64,000 nucleotides of DNA from positions 224,001 through 288,000 of the forward strand of contig CAVUVW010000017.1 in NCBI GenBank assembly GCA_963745035.1. The letters run 5' to 3'. Of the stretch, positions 58,996-64,000 are shown in pieces (positions within the stretch are counted from its first letter, which is position 1; every line of letters begins with the position of its first letter). The stretch is from an uncultured delta proteobacterium. Its GTDB lineage: Bacteria > Desulfobacterota > Binatia > UBA9968. Position numbers and translations under genes: made by a program. The notes beneath the pieces were generated by a model, which saw nothing but the letters and a program-made list of their open reading frames with translations, was not told the origin of the DNA and did not search any database.

Positions 58996-60163
58996 GGACA
59001 GCCTCACTCTTTGGGTCGAGTTTATATTCAGCCGGAACCCAACGGAGGATTTGGTTCTTGGCGGGATCGCGAATAATTCCAATCGGGTCTTCGCCCCGCT
59101 GCACGGCTTCGATGGACTGCTTGAACATCTTGCGCAGTAAAATGACGCCTTCATCCGACACGCCGAGGTGCTCTTGCGTGCGATCGAAGATCGCGCCCTG
59201 GCTCTCCTGGGCGCAGCGGTCTTGATCGCCCCGGGCGATCCAACCCGTCTCTTCATCCCAGCGGTACTGGCCGTGCACGCTGTCGAGCAGTCCTTTCTCG
59301 GATTGATCCGCCGGTATCTTCGCTGCCTTGCCGTCGATCAACGGTGCGAAATAGAGGGTGAAATGCATCGTATTGGTATCATCGATGGGCACACGCCAGC
59401 GCAGCGCCTCGTAGCCTTCGTGTGTCGCGGCAAACGCCGCCGGATGGTCCTCCGGCAGGTGATAACCAACTTTGTTCATGTTAGGCATCAGGAACAGACT
59501 GATTGTCCGGAAAGATTCATCGCCGACTCGGCGCGTGAACGTATCGCGAATGCCGAACTCGGTCGGATCGGAAGTAAGCTTCTCGTCTCGCCAAAAGCGG
59601 GTCTTGGGCGTGCGATGCAGCCACTTGAAATGGTGCTGGTCGACGCTGTTCTCGACCATCTGCAAAAAATTGCAGTGGACGACACGCCCGCTGAGCGAGC
59701 GCACGCCGTCCTCGCGCACCAGCACATCGTAGCGCGGCAGGAGCGGCGCCGGTTCCGGACCGAGATACGCGAACACGATTCCCGCCAATTCCTGTACTTT
59801 GTAAGCCGGATGAGTGACTCGTTGGCGGAATGTGCTGTCCGCCGGCTCACCGGGGGTTTCAAGGATTTTCCCGTCAACGTCATAAAGCCAGCCGTGATAG
59901 CAGCAGCGAAGTCCGCCGTTTTCGACGTGGCCGAACTCCAACGATGTGCCGCGATGCATGCAGTACAACGCCAGTAAACCGACGCGGCCCTTATCATCGC
60001 GAAACAGCACTAAATCTTCGCCGAGAAGACGTCTTTTAATCGGCCGATTTTTTAACTCGCTGCTGAAGCCCAAGGGATGCCAATAGCGGCGCAACATCTC
60101 GCCGCCGGGCGTCCCCTTGCCCACCCGCGTCAACGTTTCGTTTTCTTCACGACTCAATGCCAT
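58988..60163 (-). CDS. Rieske oxygenase alpha subunit (type B, copy 1)
   Basis: CMH..CCYH; ENSVDQHHFKWLH; WIARGDQDRCAQE. Confidence 0.93.
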   Translation of the reverse strand: MALSREENETLTRVGKGTPGGEMLRRYWHPLGFSSELKNRPIKRRLLGEDLVLFRDDKGRVGLLALYCMHRGTSLEFGHVENGGLRCCYHGWLYDVDGKILETPGEPADSTFRQRVTHPAYKVQELAGIVFAYLGPEPAPLLPRYDVLVREDGVRSLSGRVVHCNFLQMVENSVDQHHFKWLHRTPKTRFWRDEKLTSDPTEFGIRDTFTRRVGDESFRTISLFLMPNMNKVGYHLPEDHPAAFAATHEGYEALRWRVPIDDTNTMHFTLYFAPLIDGKAAKIPADQSEKGLLDSVHGQYRWDEETGWIARGDQDRCAQESQGAIFDRTQEHLGVSDEGVILLRKMFKQSIEAVQRGEDPIGIIRDPAKNQILRWVPAEYKLDPKSEAVHE

Positions 60164-60417
60164 GATTCGCTCCTTTGCTCTCCGCCGGCACGGCGGCAGG
60201 CGGCAATTTTGAGCTGCGAACCCCCGCCTTTTCGGCAATTATTGCGCCGCTAAGATCAGGCGAGGCGAAAATATCCGACAGTCGAGTTTACTGTCAAATG
60301 AACAAGAACTCGGTAGCGAATCGAGGTGAGGAGTCTGAGAGTCGCGCCGGCAGGACGGTCCAATGTGCGAACTGTGTTCGAGGTGTCCGTCAGCATCGTA
60401 GCGGCGTCAATGACCGG

Positions 60418-61515
60418 TCACGCCGCCTTGAACGCGGATGTCACTTTTTGATGACCGCCATTCTCGGCGTATTCTTCCTCATAGTAGAGGCCGAGCGCGC
60501 TCAGCACCGGCAGATCTTGAATGGAGAACAACACCGCATCCGCGTCCTTGGAAGCATTGGCATGCTCGTGCAGCGCCCAGGGCGGAATCGCGAGAATATC
60601 GCCCTTGCCCCAATCGAAGCGCTGGCCGTCGATGATGGTCGCACCTTCGCCCCGAACGACGTGGTAGACCGCGCTGCCGGTATGGCGGTGCGCCTTGGTA
60701 TGCTCGCCGGGCCGCAGGAGCTGGATCATGCACGCCAGCGTCGGCAATACCGGTCCGCCGGTCTGTGGATGGCGGTATTCGAGCAGGACGCCGTCGTGCG
60801 CGCTGCCGTCGTGGTTGCGCAAGGAATTCAGTGCCTGCCACGCCTGCTCCCAGGAATATAGGAGCAGCGGCGACGATTGCCCTTTCTCTTTTACCCAGGT
60901 GGGTGTGATATGCGCGTGGCCGAACATTTGTCTGGAGGCATTGGCCGGACGGCTGGCCGGCACTTGCGCCGAAGAATAAAACTGGAAGAACATCGCTTCG
61001 AGGGACGCGACCAGCGGAATATCCAAACCGTCCATCCAGACGACGCGATCCTGAGTCTCGTTACCGTGGTCGTGCCAGGCCCAGCTCGGCGTCAAGATTA
61101 AGTCACCCGGCGCCATGTAAACGCGCTCGCCATCGACGGCGGTGTAAGCGCCGTTACCTTCGATAATAAAGCGAATCGCGGCCGGCGTATGGCGGTGCGC
61201 GCGCGCGACTTCGCCGGGGAGGAGAATCTGTACGGCGGCGATCAAATTGTTCGTCGTCGCCCAACGGCCACCCAGACCGGGGTTGAAAAGCTGCAATGCG
61301 CGCCGCTCATCGCCCACCGGCACGGCCCGAGCCGATTCCTCGATGATCGAATCGGTCACGGACCACGGCCACATGTGCGGAACCATTTTCGGCTGAGGAT
61401 TCGGCGTCATTTGGCTGGCCAGTTCCCACAAGCCGTACATGTTGTTGGCGTGCATGCGCCGGTGGAACGCTTCGCGAAACGCATCCCCTTCGGATTTCGG
61501 TTCGGGTTTGGCCAT
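60418..61515 (-). CDS. Gentisate 1,2-dioxygenase-like bicupin
   Basis: RRALQLFNPG, HRHTPAAIRF, WHDH, HRHTGS..HEH; AGGAGG RBS. Confidence 0.9.
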   Translation of the reverse strand: MAKPEPKSEGDAFREAFHRRMHANNMYGLWELASQMTPNPQPKMVPHMWPWSVTDSIIEESARAVPVGDERRALQLFNPGLGGRWATTNNLIAAVQILLPGEVARAHRHTPAAIRFIIEGNGAYTAVDGERVYMAPGDLILTPSWAWHDHGNETQDRVVWMDGLDIPLVASLEAMFFQFYSSAQVPASRPANASRQMFGHAHITPTWVKEKGQSSPLLLYSWEQAWQALNSLRNHDGSAHDGVLLEYRHPQTGGPVLPTLACMIQLLRPGEHTKAHRHTGSAVYHVVRGEGATIIDGQRFDWGKGDILAIPPWALHEHANASKDADAVLFSIQDLPVLSALGLYYEEEYAENGGHQKVTSAFKAA

Positions 61516-61672
61516 GAGCACCTCCTGAGCGATCGTCGGCCCATATGCGTCACTAAATTCCACACACGCGGCAGCCGAGATGTTAGTAGCGTATCCGACG
61601 GTCAGTCGCCATGTCAAATCAGCGGCCCGGCGAGCATGCAAGATCGCAGGCAAAATTCTTTCAGCAGCGCTA

Positions 61673-61701
61673 TTGACCGGGGGCATTGTCGCCGTTACGC
61701 T
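61673..61701 (+). promoter_or_regulatory. Putative sigma70 promoter
   Basis: TTGACC-N17-TACGCT just upstream of the rhomboid ATG. Confidence 0.45.
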
Positions 61702-61712
61702 GAATAAAGGAT

Positions 61713-62472
61713 ATGTTTCCCTATCGCGACGAAAACGAGACCCAGCGCGCGCCGTTTTTTACATGGGCGATCATCGCCCTGAACGTGTTGGCTTGGATTT
61801 TCGTTCAAGGGGCCGGATCGACGTTTGCTCTTGCCAAGTCCGTCTGCGAGCTCGGGCTCATCCCCGGCGAGCTGACCCTTTCACTCCCGCCCGGCACAAG
61901 CTTTCCGATGGGAGAAGGCCTCGCCTGCGCCACGGATCCCGGCCGCCAAGTCTCGCACGTGATCAGCTCGATGTTCCTACACGGATCCTGGATGCACATT
62001 CTCGGCAACATGTGGTTCCTCTGGATCTTCGGCAACAACATCGAAGACTCCATGGGACACCTGCGGTTCCTGGCTTTTTATTTAATTTGCGGACTCACCG
62101 CCGCCTTGGCCCAAGTTGTGACCACTCCCGATTCGCCCATTCCGATGGTCGGCGCGTCGGGCGCCATCAGCGGCGTCATGGGCGCCTACTTGTTTCTATT
62201 TCCGCGCGTGCGGGTTTATGCGCTGATCTTCCTGGGCATTTTCTTTACTTCCGTCGGCATGCCGGCCTGGGTGATGCTCGGCTACTGGTTTTTGATTCAA
62301 ATCATCAGCGGCGCCGTGAGCATCGGCGCCGAAGGTGGCGGCGTCGCCTTCTGGGCGCATGCCGGCGGCTTCCTTGCCGGCGTCGTGTTGATAAAATTCT
62401 TTACCCGGCCGCGATTACCTGGAAGCGCATCAGCGGCACCATTGGCGCCCGAGACGCCTGATGTACGAGTAA
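61713..62472 (+). CDS. Rhomboid intramembrane serine protease; likely +1 frameshift at ~62409 (track ORF runs to 62564)
   Basis: FLHGSWMHILGNM, GASG, AHAGG; alternative-frame ending RDYLEAHQRHHWRPRRLMYE* removes the overlap with the next gene. Confidence 0.88.
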
Positions 62473-62545
62473 ACGTGCGCGGCACGCAAAGTCGTCCGAA
62501 GAGGACAAGAACAACGTCAGACTCTAAAACGATCGGAGGTACGCC

Positions 62546-62836
62546 ATGCCCATCGTCAGACTGATTTACGTCACGGTGAGAAACGATCAGGTGAAGCAAG
62601 CTATCGATCTCTGGAAGAATCATTGCGCCCCGCTGATGATCAAGCAGCCGGGCTGTTTATCCGAAAAGCTATTGGAATGCACCGACGCGCCGGGGGAGTT
62701 TATTTCCTATTCCGAGTGGGACAACCAGGAAAACATCGACAAATATCGCGATAGCGAGGCGCATGCGGAGATTCAAAAACACGCACGCGGCTTGCAGGGC
62801 GGCAGAGCAACGGTAAAGCGGTACGAGGTGAAATAG
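62546..62836 (+). CDS. Antibiotic biosynthesis monooxygenase (ABM) family protein
   Basis: QPGC, YSEW, YRDSEAH; GGAGG RBS. Confidence 0.85.
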   Translation: MPIVRLIYVTVRNDQVKQAIDLWKNHCAPLMIKQPGCLSEKLLECTDAPGEFISYSEWDNQENIDKYRDSEAHAEIQKHARGLQGGRATVKRYEVK

Positions 62837-62847
62837 TCCAGAATATC

Positions 62848-62886
62848 AGAACCGGCAGCCGCGTGACGACACGCGGCGCCGGTTCT
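62848..62886. terminator. GC-rich hairpin between convergent genes
   Basis: agaaccggc-a-gccgcgtg acga cacgcggc gccggttct; no U-tract. Confidence 0.5.
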
Positions 62887-62909
62887 GCGGCAGATTTGAA
62901 CTGGTGGGT

Positions 62910-63254
62910 TTATGCGCCGCAGCAGTTTTTGAACTTCTTGCCGCTGCCGCATGGGCAGGGCTCGTTGCGGCCAACTTTGTTCTCGGCGATCGCTGGTTTT
63001 GGCGGGTTTAGCAGCCGGGTCAAGTCGGCGACGTCTTCCGGCTTCGCCGAATCGACCTCGATCCTGTAGGCCCAGCCGTTTTTTTCAAATGACGCCGCCA
63101 CTTCTTTGCGTCTCTTCTCAGAGCGGACACTGACGACAGCGGGATTCTTTTCCGTTCCCAATCTCGCCGTCTTCTTGCCGTCAAAAACCCCCGGCCGTGT
63201 TTCAGCGCTGATCTGGTTTCTCATCTTACCGATATCGGTAATTCGATTGCCCAT
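62910..63254 (-). CDS. SEC-C metal-binding motif protein (PBPRA1643-like)
   Basis: [20 protein letters not shown]; LGTEKNPA; start uncertain. Confidence 0.85.
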   Translation of the reverse strand: MGNRITDIGKMRNQISAETRPGVFDGKKTARLGTEKNPAVVSVRSEKRRKEVAASFEKNGWAYRIEVDSAKPEDVADLTRLLNPPKPAIAENKVGRNEPCPCGSGKKFKNCCGA

Positions 63255-63289
63255 AGGTCGACTATTTCAGATATCCGCAGGCTTATCCA

Positions 63290-63655
63290 TCAAGGCCGTG
63301 TCAGCAATTCCAACAAGTGACCATCCGGGTCGTGAAAGTATATCCCGCGGCCGCCTTTGCGGGTGTTCACTTGGCGGTTTGTGGGGCTACGGGGTTCGCT
63401 GCCCCAAGCCAGGCCGGCTTCCTGGACCCGTTCAAAGATCGCATCGAACTCATCGTCGCCGACGTGAAACGCGTAGTGGTGCGGCTCGAACGATTCGGCG
63501 TTGTCGAAGTCGAGGGTCAGTTCGTCGTTGACTCGTACCGGAGCGAAATGTCCCGCCGGTCCGTTGTAGCTAAGACCAAAAATCTTTGCGAAGAAGCGTG
63601 CGGCGGCGTCCTTATCTCTTGCCGGCACGATCGTGTGATTTAATCGTATCGCCAT
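63290..63655 (-). CDS. VOC (glyoxalase/bleomycin resistance) family protein
   Basis: LNHTIV, HYAF, YFHDPDGHLLE. Confidence 0.9.
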   Translation of the reverse strand: MAIRLNHTIVPARDKDAAARFFAKIFGLSYNGPAGHFAPVRVNDELTLDFDNAESFEPHHYAFHVGDDEFDAIFERVQEAGLAWGSEPRSPTNRQVNTRKGGRGIYFHDPDGHLLELLTRP

Positions 63656-63750
63656 CGCTCCTCCTTTGATCCGGCGATCCTAAGAGAATTTGATGATCAT
63701 TCACTTTATCATATCTACTCGTCCGGAACTCCCGCCTCAAGCCGCGCGCC

Positions 63751-64000
63751 TCACGCCTCCTTGTGATCTAGCATAAAAAATTTGATCGCGTTACCGGCTA
63801 CCATTTTCCAACGCTCATCCGCCGAAACGCCGGCCATTTGTGAATCCAAAGTTTTTAGAGACTTGGGCCAGCGCGTCACGACGTGGGGAAAATCGGTGGA
63901 CCACATCATCCGATCCACACCCACTTCGTGGCGCAGTTTGACGCCGACGTGGTCTTCGAAAAAGCCCCAATGCGCGTGCTCTTTCAAGTATTCGCTCGGC
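63751..64000 (-). CDS. Amidohydrolase family 2, C-terminal part (5' beyond the window)
   Basis: MMWSTDFPH, NAIKFF. Confidence 0.85.
   Translation of the reverse strand, partial: PSEYLKEHAHWGFFEDHVGVKLRHEVGVDRMMWSTDFPHVVTRWPKSLKTLDSQMAGVSADERWKMVAGNAIKFFMLDHKEA

Noticed and set aside
124-62409. Frameshifted genes as pseudogenes or programmed frameshifts
   Set aside because: Uniform +1 insertions with intact motifs on both sides point to assembly error.
62473-62564. Extended rhomboid C-terminal tail
   Set aside because: Probably produced by a +1 insertion near 62409.

Overview
GC-rich bacterial chromosomal window. The gene content (many orphan ABC/TTT solute-binding proteins, phthalate-dioxygenase-type Rieske oxygenases, amidohydrolases, cupins) resembles Candidatus Binatia/Binatota; this is an inference. 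About 60 CDS can be supported. Most encode uptake or catabolism of aromatic or heterocyclic compounds, and a housekeeping block sits at about 29-44 kb. I saw no tRNA, rRNA, CRISPR array or transposase. Twelve single-base insertions break 10 otherwise intact genes and are most likely long-read assembly errors. Main observations: (1) A pervasive set of short-period (7, 8 or 9 nt) tandem repeats, often arranged as inverted arms, occupies about 15 gene junctions and is sometimes read in-frame into N-termini. (2) A small minus-strand unit comprises a sigma54-type promoter, a 66-aa stand-alone C2H2 zinc-finger protein, a 3' hairpin with an anti-Shine-Dalgarno loop and a terminator. (3) A three-gene unit [Rieske B - SBP - Rieske A] is duplicated in tandem, with no reductase in the window. 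(4) An RRE/PqqD-like + M50 membrane protein lacking its catalytic Glu follows a cNMP-binding protein.
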